From Mytilus trossulus (taxonomy: Eukaryota): DNA of 64,000 nt. Both the position numbers and the translations under genes were made by a program. The DNA lies in the NCBI RefSeq assembly GCF_036588685.1, contig NC_086384.1:10292001-10356000 (forward strand). Reading direction: 5' to 3'. Below the pieces are notes generated by a model. It made no database searches and was not told the origin of the DNA. It saw only the letters and a program-made list of their open reading frames with translations. Shown in pieces: positions 1-13,558 of this stretch (position 1 is its first letter; each line of letters begins with the position of its first letter).

Positions 1-1448
1 GTATCTTCGAAAGGGCATTCGATAATCCATATAACAACAATATAATAGTTTATGATAATTCAAATAATAGAAACATTTAATCTATATAGTTTTCAAATAT
101 AAATGATCAAATAATATCTATAGTATACAAACTTTATGTAAATACATGGTCATATGCATTTAAACTGACGAACACGTATGCTTGTAATATTTCTTATGAA
201 TAAAAGCTTATTTAGCATTCAAATATATGAGTATAATGCGAGACCGTCTATTTGATCCTAACAGAGCATAAAGCACGAGGAAATGGAAATGAAACTTAAC
301 GAAGTTTCATGATGCAATTAAATAAAATAATAAATTAAAATACTTGACTTACCTGAAAACAGTTAAAACAAACACAGTGAATTTGGATGTAAATCTTATA
401 ATCTTCTAAAGCGCATGAGACCAAAATTCACTTGTTCGTATGCGTTACTGTTTCATGTTCGTCCAATTAGATTCGTTAAACAATCAAGCTGTTTAGTTAC
501 CCTGATCTTTTGGGGTGAATGAGGCGTGGAAATGTCTTTGGACAAAGAACCCTAATTGACTTGATTGTATTTACCGGACAATAGAATTAGTAAAAAAAAA
601 CATGTCTAATTAGCTTGTCGCTAAAAATCTTAATTGATAAAAATAATGTCTATAACAAAGAGAAAATTTAAAGTGACAAATGCCAAAATAAGTCTCGGTT
701 AATATATAGAAAGGTATATAATATGAAACTTAGAGAATGAATGAACTTTATTCTCACAAAACTACATGTCATAGTTACAGAGAAAATATATATTTACAAT
801 TACATATATGTATATATAAGCATGGGGCTTGCTATGTGTGCTAAATATCTGTTAGACTTGAAATTCATATCTTAAATATATCGAGAACATAAAAATGATT
901 TCCTTCAACAATAATGAACGAATATAAAACAAAAAGTCTTTTAATTAATACTGCAGCTTCGAAATGGACTTTAAATAACTAAAATATATTAAACTTATGC
1001 CTTTTTGCTGAAAACTAAATTTTCACCAAAATATAAAAATGAGGTCTACTGGATTGCCGGTTTTATGTATTTTAGGCAACATATAGAATCGTTCGGCCTT
1101 TTTCCGGTAAATTTTGAAAATATATGTAAATATTTTATAAGAGGTGAGACTCAAATAGAATATTGTCTTGTCTTGTCTTGTCTTATCTTTATGTCTTCGA
1201 GGCTGACAATTAGCTGGAGGCCATTTTCGAGACAACGTTTGGAAATTGTTCTATAAACTTCATTCTCAATTTTAACTTTCTTTAATTTGTTTTACTTAAT
1301 AAGTTTATTCTTCTGTCATTTTATTTTATAATTTATTGATAAATATATTCTCTTGAACTTCTGTGCATTTTCCCATTATCCAACAAAACTTTATTTGTAA
1401 TTTATTAATAAATGTTATCTTTAGATATCACGCATTTTTGCATCATTA

Positions 1449-2360
1449 TATTTGGCACAACTTTTTTGAGTTTTGGGTCATCAATGCTCTTAAACTTTGT
1501 AATTGTTTTGCTTTTTAATTATTTTGATCTGAGTGTGACTGATGAGTCTTATGAAGACAAAACGAGGGTCTAGTCTAATAAAAAAAGCACCTTATAATAA
1601 AAAAGCACCTTATAATAGAAAACCACCATCTTATAATAGTAAAGCACCATCTTATAATAGAAAAGCACCTTCTTATAAAAGTAAACCACCATCTTATAAT
1701 AGAAAACCACCATCTTATAATAGAAAACCACCATCTTATAATAGAAAAGCACCTTCTTATAATAGTAAACCACCATCTTATAATAGAAAACCACCATCTT
1801 ATAATAGAAAACCACCATCTTATAATAAAAAAGCACCTTCGTATAATAGGAAACCACCTTCTTATAATAGTAAACCACCATCTTATAATAGAAAACCACC
1901 ATCTTATAATAGAAAACCACCATCTTATAATAGAAAACCACCATCTTATAATAGTAAGCCACCATCTTATAATAGAAAACCACCATCTTATAATAGAAAA
2001 CCACCATCTTATAATAGAAAACCACCATCTTATAATAAAAAAGCACCTTCGTATAATAGAAAACCACCATCTTATAATAGAAAACCACCTTCGTATAATA
2101 GAAAACCACCATCTTATAATAGAAAACCACCATCTTATATTAGAAAACCACCATCTTATAATAGAAAACCACCTTCGTATAATAGAAAACCACAATCTTA
2201 TAATAGAACACCACCTTCGTATAATAGAAAACCACCATCTTATAATAGAAAACCACCATCTTATAATAGAAAAGCAATAAAAAAGACACATAAGACAGCT
2301 ATGGCGTTCCATAGTCTAGCGTATAAAATTATAAGTCTGGTACCTTTGTTAACTATTTAC
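1449..2360 (+). mobile_element. Decayed retrozyme copy (same family as 42184-42688, opposite orientation), split by a minisatellite insertion; retrozyme parts about 1449-1577 and 2312-2360
   Basis: tttggcacaac...ctgatgagtcttatgaagacaaaacg...gtc and tagcgtataaaattataag...ggtacctttgttaactattt match the reverse complement of 42184-42345; hammerhead GAAA is mutated to AAAA. Confidence 0.8.
1578..2275. repeat. 21-bp minisatellite (ataatagaaaaccaccatctt), about 33 copies
   Basis: Direct periodicity; explains the (YNRKPPS)n ORF and both antisense ORFs. Confidence 0.97.
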
Positions 2361-3611
2361 TGTACTGTTAATTAATATACCGGACATTAATTTATTACAG
2401 TGCAATCTTCCTTAACTATACCGGAAATATAAAAAACAAGAAGAAGTGGTATAATTGCAAACCCTCCACCCGAGACCAAAATGACATTTACGTTTGCAAC
2501 TGTAGGTCACCGTACGGGAATCATTCTATTCATTTATTCAAAATGAGTAACTCGATCACTTCACAGAGGTTGTCTAGGATATGATACCTTTGTACAAACA
2601 AAAGATAAGAACTGGGGAGGGTAAGAATTCTTCATTATTGACCGGTCATACTAAATAGCGTTTCGGCTGTTTTCTGCTCTATGGTCGGGTTGTTGTCGCT
2701 TTGACACATTCCCAATTTCCTTTCTCAATTTTATTTCGTGAATGATTTTGTTGATCCCTAATAGTTAAGTAGTCAGGCCAACCAAAACAGTATGTGTGTT
2801 TACTGTCACATGCTGAAAAAACACCAGCGTAGGTAGTTTTTAATTTTTAATAATTTATTTTACATTGAGATTGTGGGAGTAACATTGTGACGTTAACAGT
2901 GTTTAATATTTTTTTTAGAGGCTTCAAGAGATACATAGGACGTAAATGTCGTTGCTTGTCATAGTTCCAAAATGTGGTAAAAATCATTCATTAGTGGTTC
3001 AGAATATTGTTCTTATATACCTTAATATTTTATATTAAAAGGTATATAAGAAAACAAAACAAAGGCAAGTGCTTGTGATTTAGTGGTAAAGGAACAAAAT
3101 TTGATCACCGAACAAAACATAAAACAAATTCAACAATGATGATTTTTTTGGTATTTTCACCCATTCTCAATGGTAAACACCCTACATTTTCCCCAATTTG
3201 AGAGCAAATTTCCAAAACGATCTACCAAATATCAATTTGAATAACTATAAAGGTTTGTTGTACATGTCGATTTAAAATCAAATTTATATGGTCTTGAATT
3301 TGACAACTTTTATATTTTTTACTTTAATGTTCTTTTTAAGAAACTCTCAAAGTCCTAAAATAATCTGACGTTAATCCAAGATTGAGTAGGTTAAATAGAC
3401 AATTTATGGTAATGATGTTTACAAAAAATCTAAGCACTCAAGCCCAAATATTGATACTTCAAAAGGAATATTTCTATATACAAATACCTTAAGTGCCATT
3501 GACAAAAAATATTTGTTTGTTTTCACGTCGCTCAAAGCTCTATGATTTGATTTTTAAATATATTTAGTGAAAAAATTCGAGGTTCGTCTTGTTGAAACTT
3601 ATGAATATAAA

Positions 3612-3999
3612 ATAAGAAGATGTGGTATGATTGCCAATGAGACAACTCATCACAATAGACCAAATTACCTACAAAGTAACAGCTATAGGTCACCGCAAGG
3701 CCTTCAACAATAAGCAAAGTCAGCTACAAAAGGTCCCGAAATCACAAATGTGAAATAATACAAACGAGAAAACTAACAGCCTAATTAGTGTACAAAAAAA
3801 GCAAATATGTAACACAGCAACACACGACAACAACTAAATTACAGGCTCCTGACTTGGGACAGGCATATACATACAGAAGGTAACGGAGTTAAACATGTTA
3901 GCGTGATCACAACCACCCCCTTAATCTCGGACTGCATGTGGTGTAACAGAACATGAGAACGAAATATAAAAATCAGTTGAAAAAAGCTTAACTTATCAG
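3612..3999 (+). repeat. High-copy interspersed repeat, family A (aagaagatgtggtatgattgccaatgagacaac...)
   Basis: Related copies at about 5900-6300(+), 8030-8280(-), 18150-18480(-), 29500-29660(-), 33755-33970(+), 38790-39070(+), 46840-47140(+), 52240-52390(-). Confidence 0.85.
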
Positions 4000-4000
4000 A

Positions 4001-4612
4001 TTGATAAAAAATGACAAAAGATATGATTTCAGCTTTCCAATTTTGAACTTTCCATTTCTTAGTAGCAACATTCCAGCAGCACCTGCATACGGGGCATATA
4101 TCTACCAATTGATGCGATATTCCCGTGCTCGCATTTCCTATCATGATTTTCTCAATAGAAGGTTGCTACTCACAAGGAAGCTATTGAACCAAGAGTTCCA
4201 AATGGAGAAGTTGAAATCATCCCTTCGTAAAATCACGCCATCACGAGTTGGTTGACCCTTATGGAATAACTGTTTCACAAATGATATATGATATGTTGCT
4301 AATTACAATCCTCTTACCTTTCATGAATGTGACCTACCGAATTATTAGACTATTTACTGGATTTGTTATTACATAAGCAACACGACGGGTGCCACATGTG
4401 GAGCAGTATCTGTTTACCCTTCTGAAGCACCCGAGATCACCCCTAGTTTTTGGCGGGGTTTGGGTTGCTTATTCTTTAGTTTTCTATGTTGACTTGTGTC
4501 GTGTGTACTATTGTTTGTCTGTTTGTCCTATTAATTTTTAGCCATGGCATACTCAGTTTATTTTCGATTTATGAGTTTGATTTTCCCTCTGTTATCTTTC
4601 GTCCCTCTTTTT
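4001..4612 (+). mobile_element. Penelope-like retroelement 3' fragment (RT C-terminal region plus conserved 3' segment), nested in a family A repeat
   Basis: Translation DKRYDFSFPILNFPFLSSNIPAAPAYGAYIYQLMRYSR resembles the C-terminal region of invertebrate PLE-type RTs; the host repeat resumes near 4620 (compare 6240-6300). Confidence 0.7.
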
Positions 4613-5399
4613 GAAATACAACATACAAAAAAATAAAACCAGCGTGGACGTGACCGGGTACATTGTACATCCCAGAAAAACAAAAAGACACATAGTACAT
4701 ATCTGAGAGTACTCACAGTTAATGACACCAAGTTCAAAGCCAATAACAACTAACGAAAACAAACATGAGTCTCAGACAAAACTATCAATCAAAACCCATC
4801 CAACATCCAATGGATTTAGTGTATGGACATCATAAACAGTAAAAAAAACACCTAAACCTTGTGCAAGGCCAAGATACGAGAATCGACAGATCGGAAATCC
4901 GTTAGTGCATATGTATATAAGCATTATATTTAGTTTACTTTTAATTTACTGATAACAAAAACAAAATCAATATTAATACCAATAAAAACAATATATAAAA
5001 ATATCTAAGTACAGTGTTAAATTGATAACATTTAAAATTAAAATTATTCAAAAGATCGATAAGTTTACTAGGATCGTTTCCAAATTTCCGGCCACGGTTA
5101 ACAACATCTCCGATGCAATGAGGATGTGCAATCCAGTTTGAAATAATTTTTCTAAAGATACAACCAAACTTCTATTTTGTTTTGTTTATGTCTATGGAAG
5201 AATTTAGTAAACGCGATTACTCTCAGGTGTATACTTAGTTTCGTCATTTGTGTAAGGGATGCAGGATGGATAAATTCTCTGCCACTGCCGATTTTTTGGT
5301 TTTGTTTGGTGTGACTTTATCTGCTTTGTGTCGATCTAATACATGTAAGTGCAGTTTTTTCAACTAAATTATATTATACATGCGCAGCAGTTTGTTCTT

Positions 5400-5860
5400 A
5401 TGTTGTGCTGATGGTAGGTTAAATACCAAAATTTATGACAAACGCGATGATTTCAATTTTCCTATAGTCAACTTTCCATTTCTGTGTAGCAACATCCCCA
5501 CGACATCAGCATATGGAGTATATGCGTCTCAATTGGTACGTTACAAAAAAACTAGTTCAAAGTACGTTAATTGTGTTAAGCGAGGAATACTGCTTTCTCA
5601 AAAGTTGCTAAGACTGGGCTATGAATCAATCAAATTAAGGTCATCAATCAAGAAATTTTACGGTCACCATCATGAGCTGATAGGCCATTCTGACAAAAGT
5701 GTGTCAGAAATAAGCTATTCTTCCTCAGTCATAATAACCTTCTATTATTACCGAACTGAACAAATAAATAACAAGACGGGTGCCGTATACGGTGCAGGAA
5801 ATGCTTATCCTTCCGAAGCATCTTATTTCACTACCGGTGGAGTTCGTGTTGTTTCTTGTT
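5400..5860 (+). mobile_element. Second, divergent Penelope-like RT C-terminal fragment
   Basis: GRLNTKIYDKRDDFNFPIVNFPFLCSNIP...AYGVYASQLVRY...KFYGHHHELI, homologous to 4001-4255. Confidence 0.7.
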
Positions 5861-6307
5861 TTTTTTTTGTTAACTGTTGATGTAAATGTCTGTTGTTTTT
5901 TGCCAATGAGACAACTGTCCACAAGAGACCAAAAATGACACAGACATTAACAGCTATAGGTCAACGTACGGCCCATACCACATAGTTACATGTAGCTATA
6001 AAAGGCCCCGATAAGACAATATAAAACAATTCAAACGATAAAACTAATGTGTAACACATAAACAAACGACAACCACTGAATTACAGGTTCCTGACTTGGG
6101 ACTGGCACATACTTAAATAATGTGGCGGGGTTAAACATGTTAGCGGGATTCCAACCCTCCCCTAACCTGGGACAGTGGTATAACAGTACAACATAAGAAC
6201 GTACTATAAAAATCAGTTGAAAAAGGCTTAACTCATCAGATGGAAAAAAAAAATACAAGTGGACGTGGCCGGGTACTTGTACATCCCGACAAAAAAAGGA
6301 CACTCTA

Positions 6308-7227
6308 AGGACGGCGTGCACAAAGCTGAGTCTACAAATGTAAAGTCTTCAAATTACAAAAACCATTTACGACGTCGGTATTTTCCCTCAGAAAACGTCA
6401 GCGTAACAAAAAAACTGGACACTTAGTTTACCACATAATTCTAAACATTCACGTTCAACATATTTCTTTTTTTTCGAACAAAAAAGTACAGCAAATGCAC
6501 ATTTTGAAAATATAAATAAATATTTGCTACGAGCAGTATAATGGAAATAAGTAGCGACGATCTCGTGGATCCTTTTCAGAAAACAGCGTCAAAACGCCAT
6601 TTCTTTAGAATGTAACATAATAGCTGGACATTTAAAAAATTCAGGTGTTCAGTATGGACTATCGAATCATTCTTATGTTGCAGATTTTATTAAACCTATG
6701 GTTTTGCACATTTCGAATACCAAGTTATTTAAAATAAAAAGATAGCAATTACATATTTTTTCTTACCGATTCTTCCATTTTGATTATTAGTCCAGTCCTT
6801 CCAAATTACTACTTCTTACACATAACTAAGATCATTCCAAGCATATCTACCATGGTTGTTTTTGATTTTTTTTGCGGTAAATTTCATATAATGTCAGAGT
6901 CCGAATTTGAACAATTCTATTATACGAAAATTTGGAATAGAATGTTAAATTTGTATAAATTTTAGGTCAAAAACTCTATTTTATGCGAATTTAATGTTAC
7001 AAGTTACACCGATTTTTTGCCGTTTTCTATATGTCCGTTTCATGCTTTATAGATTAAATATTAATTTACCTTACTAGTAATGTGGATTCTTATGGCATGC
7101 ATTCATAATTTAATCATGATACAATATTCTTCTTCAAAAAATATTATAAATACATATAAAATTATCTGTTTAAAGCTATCGAAAAAGCGCATTTTACAGT
7201 TGCCGTTAACTTTGTGCACGCCGTCGT
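6308..7227. mobile_element. Non-autonomous DNA transposon with TIRs (gacggcgtgcacaaag / ctttgtgcacgccgtc), inserted in a family A repeat
   Basis: 16-bp inverted termini; the host repeat continues at 7228 (cagatctgagag, compare 4695-4710). Confidence 0.7.
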
Positions 7228-8928
7228 ACAGATCTGAGAGTATTCGTAGTTATCAATCCGTACACATCCAACATCCAATGAATTTAGTGTAAAGACGTCA
7301 TAAACAGCCAGAGAAAATATGACCTTGTGCAATGTTAAGTTACAGGTATCGATGTGCTTGTGTTATATTAACATTTTGTGTTTGGCAATTCAGATTTGAC
7401 TATAACAACTTTTGAAATAGTTGCTATAGTAAAATTATGATTTGCCACTGAAAGGCAAAATTTTAATATTACTGTTACAGACCAAACTAAAGTGAAAATT
7501 ATTCAATTTTTACAATTTGGGTTCAAAGTATTTTGAAGTTAAATTTTTTACTTTATTTCTAAAATTCCTTCTTATGTAAGTTACATTATTTTTGGATTGC
7601 GTAATTAGGCCAGATAACAAAGAGACATGTGAGTGCTAAATTATTTACTTTCAAATTGGATTATGTACCTTACACGTAAATTAAGGCTTTTGTTAAACAA
7701 CCTTTTCCTATTACTCATGTGCGAGATTGTTTATAACACCTGTCTTCCATGACTAATCTATAATTGACAAACCAGTGAAAGTAGGATGTGGTCAAGGGAG
7801 CGATATACGGTACTTTGTGATTGGTGAAAATTCGAGAAAGTTAAGAAATCAGTGATCATGTGACCACGCCTGCATGAAAGAAAACAAATTAGGTTTGCAA
7901 CGGTCACTTTGATTACTGATTTCCACTAATAAACATCTACTAGAACTTTCTCTTGTTTTTCACCAGGCGCTAAAAGTGATACGACACAGCAGAAAAGTCA
8001 GTACGACAAAATTAAGGAGCCCATAGTTCATTGACTAGTTGGTTATTGTGAGTTCATGTTTGTCATATTTATTGTTCCTAAATTGTTTTGTCAATTTTTC
8101 AATTTTATTGAATAGTTTCATATTTTTCTTGTCGGGGCCTTTTATAGCCGTCTATACGCTATGGGTGAATCCTTCATTGTTTAAGGCCATGCGGCTGCAT
8201 ATAATTGTTTATGTTCTCTTCACTGATTTAAACTTTGGTGTCAATTTGTCTCATTGGCAATCATATCACATCTCCTCATATGTATATCCCCATCTTTTCT
8301 CCCCTTGGTTATCATCCTAAACATGATCTCATGGCATGCCCCAAAACGAGGCCATCCTGATAAAGCAGATTTGATTTAGATTTTTTTGTGTTTTAATGTC
8401 ACAACAGGGTTCGAACTCACAACCTCAGATTACAAGAATTTTGTTGTCACCTAAACATTCGATGGAAATACATGCGAATGTTTTTATCCTGCACAACCAT
8501 AGTAATTCCTGTTTATAGCATGTGTTTCACAATACAAGATCGTGTTTTGTTTTCAATCGGAAATCCCCGTTTTTTGTTTTCAATCGGTAATCCTCGGGTG
8601 AATAGGCCGAGTTGTGACGAATGATGCCGATTGATGTGAGTATCTCCATCTTCACTTCCTGAAAGTAATCATCAAGTTGGATCTTTAAAATCTGATGATT
8701 TCTAATGTGATAAAAGTTTGTCGAGGTTCAACTCTCGGTCAGACACAGAAAATCAAGGTAACAAACTGAGAGAGTTGCACGAACTCAATAAAAAATGCAA
8801 CCTAGTGTCCCATGATATTAGTCCGAGATTACTCTGACGGCTGTTTTGCTAAACAAGCTGGGGCCGTCAGAAAATCCCCTACGAGAGCCTTTCACATTAC
8901 ACGAAGTTGTCAATTTCATTAACACCTG

Positions 8929-9147
8929 GGTTGAGTTCAATATCGTAGTAGCTACGTAGCGGCTACGTAGCAGCTATCAATATAATTATATTTATCCTGC
9001 AATTGGGTGTTCTACTATACAGATACAGCCCTACAGATACAATACGCAGCTGCTATCAATATCTATGTAACAACTAGTCTAAAGAAACCCGTTCAATAGT
9101 CAAAATCTACGTAGCACTACGTAGCCGCTACAATATTGAACGCAACC
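8929..9147. mobile_element. PIF/Harbinger-like MITE
   Basis: About 40-bp imperfect TIRs (ggttgagttcaatat... / ...atattgaacgcaacc) flanked by CTG on both sides (3-bp TSD). Confidence 0.7.
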
Positions 9148-10126
9148 CTGGCAGTTAGCTAAAAGGGTCGCGACCCTTAAAAGCATCCAATGATCTTTTG
9201 AGATCACCGGCAACCACACGTTGATTTTTTTTTATACAATGGGTTCGGAAAAGGATTCATTTCCTTAGAATTAGAGAAATTTATTTACATTCTCGTCTCG
9301 CATCTGTGTTTTCTAACAATACATTCGCCTCAACTCGGCCGGTTCCGTACCCTCAATGAGAGTAACGGATTCTACTGAAGATTGCCGAATGGTAATAATA
9401 ATGAAACTAAAATCCTTATGAAAGTATCTGTTTTAATGAAAACATTATTACTACTTAGTTGAAACTGTATCGTTCTCTCAAAAAAAAATCACACAAAAAA
9501 ACTAAAAATATAAAATTATGACACTACAAATGCACTCCATTATCCATACCTACAAGTATTTGAATTGTGTAAACTCTTCAGCTGTTGTTTAATCCAAATA
9601 GAACATAGAGTTATCTCCCTTAGAGCTGTTAGTGACCGTCAGTTTTTTTTAAATACTAGTATTATTTTCACACTTTTTCTGTGTACTATAAGTAACTTTA
9701 ATTTGCCTGAATTACCTAATGAGTTAGATTTCATTGCAAAGTCCCTCGCTCTAAATTTAATAGTAGTTTATAATTTTCAAAAGACTTACCGTTACTGAGT
9801 AAATTGTTATATAGAAGTGTAAAACAAACCAATTACAATCCTTTCTCTCAAGTGATTTGAAAATACAGATGACCAAACTGTTTAATATTAATATTTTGGT
9901 CAGAATGGTTTTCGTAAAATGTTCCTGTGAAAGATGGGGATATATATATTTGAAGTCAATATTTCCAAAGTGTTAACCTAGCAGCTGCAGAGAAATTGAT
10001 CTGGGGGTTTAGGGGGTAATGATGTTTCATGTTAAGTGTAATCTTCAAATTGGACAATCTGAGTCTGAGAAATTTTGCAATTTTTGGATAAATAATTTAC
10101 AATTCACAATAGTTTACAATTTAAAA

Positions 10127-10448
10127 TATCGGATATGTTCCTTACGTCGTAACTACAATCCCCTTCCCTTCATAAATGTGACCTACCGAATTATTAGACT
10201 ATTTACCGGATTTGTTAAAACATAAGCAACACGACGGGTGCCCCACGTGGAGCAGGATCTGCTTACACTTCCGGAACACTGCGATCATCCCTAGTTTTTG
10301 GTGGGATTCGTGTTGCTTATTCTTTAGTTTTCTACGTTGTGTCATATGTTCTTTTGTTTGTCTGTTTGTCTTCTTTAATTTTTAGCCAGGCTTTGTCAGT
10401 ATATTTACAAGTTTGACTGTCCCTCTGGTATCATTCGTCCCTCTTTTA
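10127..10448 (+). mobile_element. 3' segment of the Penelope-like element
   Basis: Closely similar to 4285-4612 (gcaacacgacgggtgcc...gagcaggatctgctta...ctagtttttggtggg); other remnants at about 32640-32750(-), 37000-37170 and 45720-45950. Confidence 0.7.
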
Positions 10449-10578
10449 CAAGCTTCATGTTTAAATTTTATTCCTTTTTAAAATCAGAGTTTTACATTCC
10501 GTTATACCTATCAAAACAGTGTTGGCTAATAAAATATATATAAACGGAACCGTTACCATTGACAACCATACCATGTAC

Positions 10579-10616
10579 CTGAGACTACTATAACACATGT
10601 GTTATAGTAGTCTCAG
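10579..10616. repeat. Perfect 38-bp palindrome flanked by a 7-bp direct repeat (catgtac)
   Basis: ctgagactactataacaca|tgtgttatagtagtctcag; catgtac at 10572-10578 and 10617-10623. Confidence 0.9.
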
Positions 10617-11839
10617 CATGTACTTTAGTTTATTTGATGTGGTACACTGCTTTGTTAAGACAAGGTTCACAACGCCATGACCATAAGGAACTCAAGGTAA
10701 TGCGAGGAAAACATCACAACATAATACCCACGTCAATTGCAAAGCCTATTTCCTCAAGGATTCCTCAAAATATTCTGATAGAATCCCAAATGTGTTTAAT
10801 GGGTACAGATGGACGAATGAACGAATAAACGTGCAAACGAACAAAAGAATAGACAGATGGACTTTAACACCATACTATATAGAGGGTAGAATGAAAAATG
10901 AAAAGAAAAGCAACAGGTCAGAAATACAGTACACTTTTAAAAACTTAAGTTTAAACAATATCAGTGCGGGGGTGAATCGTGCTCTGAAAGGGTATTAAAG
11001 AAAGTGTGATAAATATTATCGTTTACGTACGATTTACTTGTTTTTCTTTCTTTTCGTTACGTTTTAAAAATAAATTAAAATCCTAACTGTTTACAAATCT
11101 TTAATGTAACAAAATATGACGTCAAATACTTTGATCGAGACACTGTACAATCTTTAAAGCTTGGTTTGTGTAGATAATGAAATTGCCGATTTCGTAAACA
11201 AGTAACTGTCAGTCATATCATGGACCGTTAAGAGTATCTAAAGGATTATTTTAAACATCTATTACAAATTTGATTTATTTCACTAACGTCACCATCCAGT
11301 GAATAAAATTAAATTTTAATAGTTGATGAAATGTGAACTATATATGTTGTTCTACATGTATAACTTTCAACTAAGGTACAACTCACAGCCTATTGGGTCA
11401 CTTTCCCCACTCATTTACATGTTCAGTGAATTGTTGATAAAATCCCTAATTTGGCATATATACCAAATAAGTTCACTTATATATAGTGCTGATCATAACT
11501 GCTATGTTTCAAGTTAATTCGACCAAGATCTACCTTAGTTACATCAAACCTCTAACCTCTAAGCCATCAGATATCCATTTTCAATTTACCATGAAAAATT
11601 AGCAAAATCCGAATTTGGCATATACATTAATGATTTAAATACATTGTGCATAAAATTGAAAATGGAAATGGGAATTTTGTCAAAGAGACAACAACCCGAC
11701 CATAAAGCAGACAACAGCAGAAGGTCACCAACAGGTCTTCATAACCCCTGTATAACATTAAACTAATATTACCTCAACCTACTTTAAAACAAAACTTTAA
11801 ACTGATGCAGGACTGACGGAACCTACAATGAGGTCGACG

Positions 11840-12430
11840 GACGTATGCATAATCATATATTGGTTACAAATGTAATCCAACATCAGAATCATATCCATGA
11901 AATTACATTTTCCCATGCACTGCTATTAGCACTTCTCTGAACGCATTAAAAAGTTCAAATACCTCAATGAAGGAACACGATTATTTCCCCCTTCTTCCAT
12001 CATGCGTCCTCCTTAAAAAGAGTCTCTCTGTAGACCTAAGTATTAAATTTTAAAAGGCAATCAATTACAGGATCCTTGGTGTTATCAGTAGCAACTTTCA
12101 ATTCAACCGTTGCCGAAACGTATTCTTCTTCGATCTTTTCTTCTTTAGAAGTTGAAGGTATGATTGTACCTTTTCGAATATGTGATGTGAGTTTTGAATA
12201 TGCATATGCATGTATTTCGATCAGTATGGCACACTTACACCAACCAACAATAACGTTGTTGGCTACTTTGTCAGCAGATACCAAAACGTTGATCGAAAGT
12301 ACCAAAGAAGTGTGGCCATTTCCTGATGTATTTCTATCACTGGCAGTGTCTTACTTTAAAGTTATCAAATCTTGCTGGGAATTTAATGTAAAAGAGACGA
12401 TGTCATATAGTTTAAATATTTTTCAACAAT
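11840..12430 (-). mobile_element. Decayed Penelope-like RT N-terminal fragment
   Basis: VLVSADKVANNVIV resembles the PLE 'ADK..N' block; a degenerate 'YWLPKLH'-like segment (DCLLKFN) and RSANSS follow; stops are present. Confidence 0.5.
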
Positions 12431-13345
12431 TCTACATGTTCCTATAAAATCAAAATGCTATTTTAAAAAGCTGCTTGTTTAAAGTTTAAGGTATATTGAT
12501 AAAAATATCCAATTTTATATATGGTTTTTTTTGTAAAATTTTGCATGTTTATAGAAGAAGATTGTATAAAGTTATTTGAAATTGTTAATGTATATTAGAA
12601 AATAATAGTGAGATGTACATTTGAGCTATAAACTAAAAGTGGAACATTTGGACTAAAACCTTTTAAGTTTGGAATATGTTGAAATTTGGGCTAAATCTGT
12701 AGTCGACATTTGGGTTATATTTTAAAGTCGACATTTGGTTTAAATTAATCAACACATGTAAGGAATATGAAATTAAAATATTCTGTATTCAAGTAAATTA
12801 ATATCAAAAATGTTATAAACCGCGTATACAACGCGAAGGAATAAAAGAGCTTTTCTAAGATGTATATTAAACAAAATCTAATAAATTTGTCCTTAGATTG
12901 GTTCTGGTTCTAAATTTAAATCTTACAGGGTTTAAAATCTATAATCTTCTGAAACTGTAACACATGAAAGTAATTTTTTTAATATTTGATCTATAATGGC
13001 ATATGAAATATTTAAAATGATAAATTTGTTTCTGTATATTGGTTGAACAATAATTAACCCAAAATCAGAGAAATAAATATGTCTCTGCCCAAATGTAAAT
13101 GTTTTATAATTTTATCTGTTCTATACATGTTTTTATAATATTTTCTATGTTTTGTTAGTGGTGAGATTTGAATTAAATATTGTCCTGCCCTCATATAAAA
13201 TACCCAACCCTAAAAATACCTCGAGATCATCTCACTCCATCGGTCTCCCTTTATCTTGTCCGTTTCTATATTGATAAAAAGATTCTTAATCTTGTCAGAA
13301 TGTCAAAGACCACTGGTCGATGGGAATATATAAGATCATTCAGAT

Positions 13346-13558
13346 AGGTCAATGACCTCATATATCTTTGATCAGCAAACATTTACCCGGACATTGTGTA
13401 AATAAACAAGAAATGAACTATAACTATGCATGAATTGACCCATGTTATGTCCTGATGCAATGTTTTACATGAGGCCACCAATCAATAGGTCGGAGAGCGA
13501 TACACCTCCATGATGCAACACCATGCCGTGGTAACCTGAATTGTCGTGCTGATGCAAT
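13346..13558. promoter_or_regulatory. Candidate enhancer: perfect IR1 (AGGTCA-A-TGACCT) plus three C/EBP-ATF-type TGATGCAA sites and a CCAAT
   Basis: IR1 at 13346-13358; TGATGCAAT at 13453-13461, TGATGCAAC at 13511-13519, TGATGCAAT at 13550-13558. Confidence 0.4.

Noticed and set aside
1542-2375. 277-aa (YNRKPPS)n ORF resembling a Tyr/Lys/Pro-rich mussel adhesive protein
   Set aside because: No signal peptide; the start and end lie inside a decayed retrozyme; a 21-bp unit is open in several frames on both strands, as expected for a minisatellite. Expression data would be needed to revive it.
8400-8436. tRNA-like B-box fragment on the minus strand
   Set aside because: No complete cloverleaf; probably a tRNA-derived SINE remnant.
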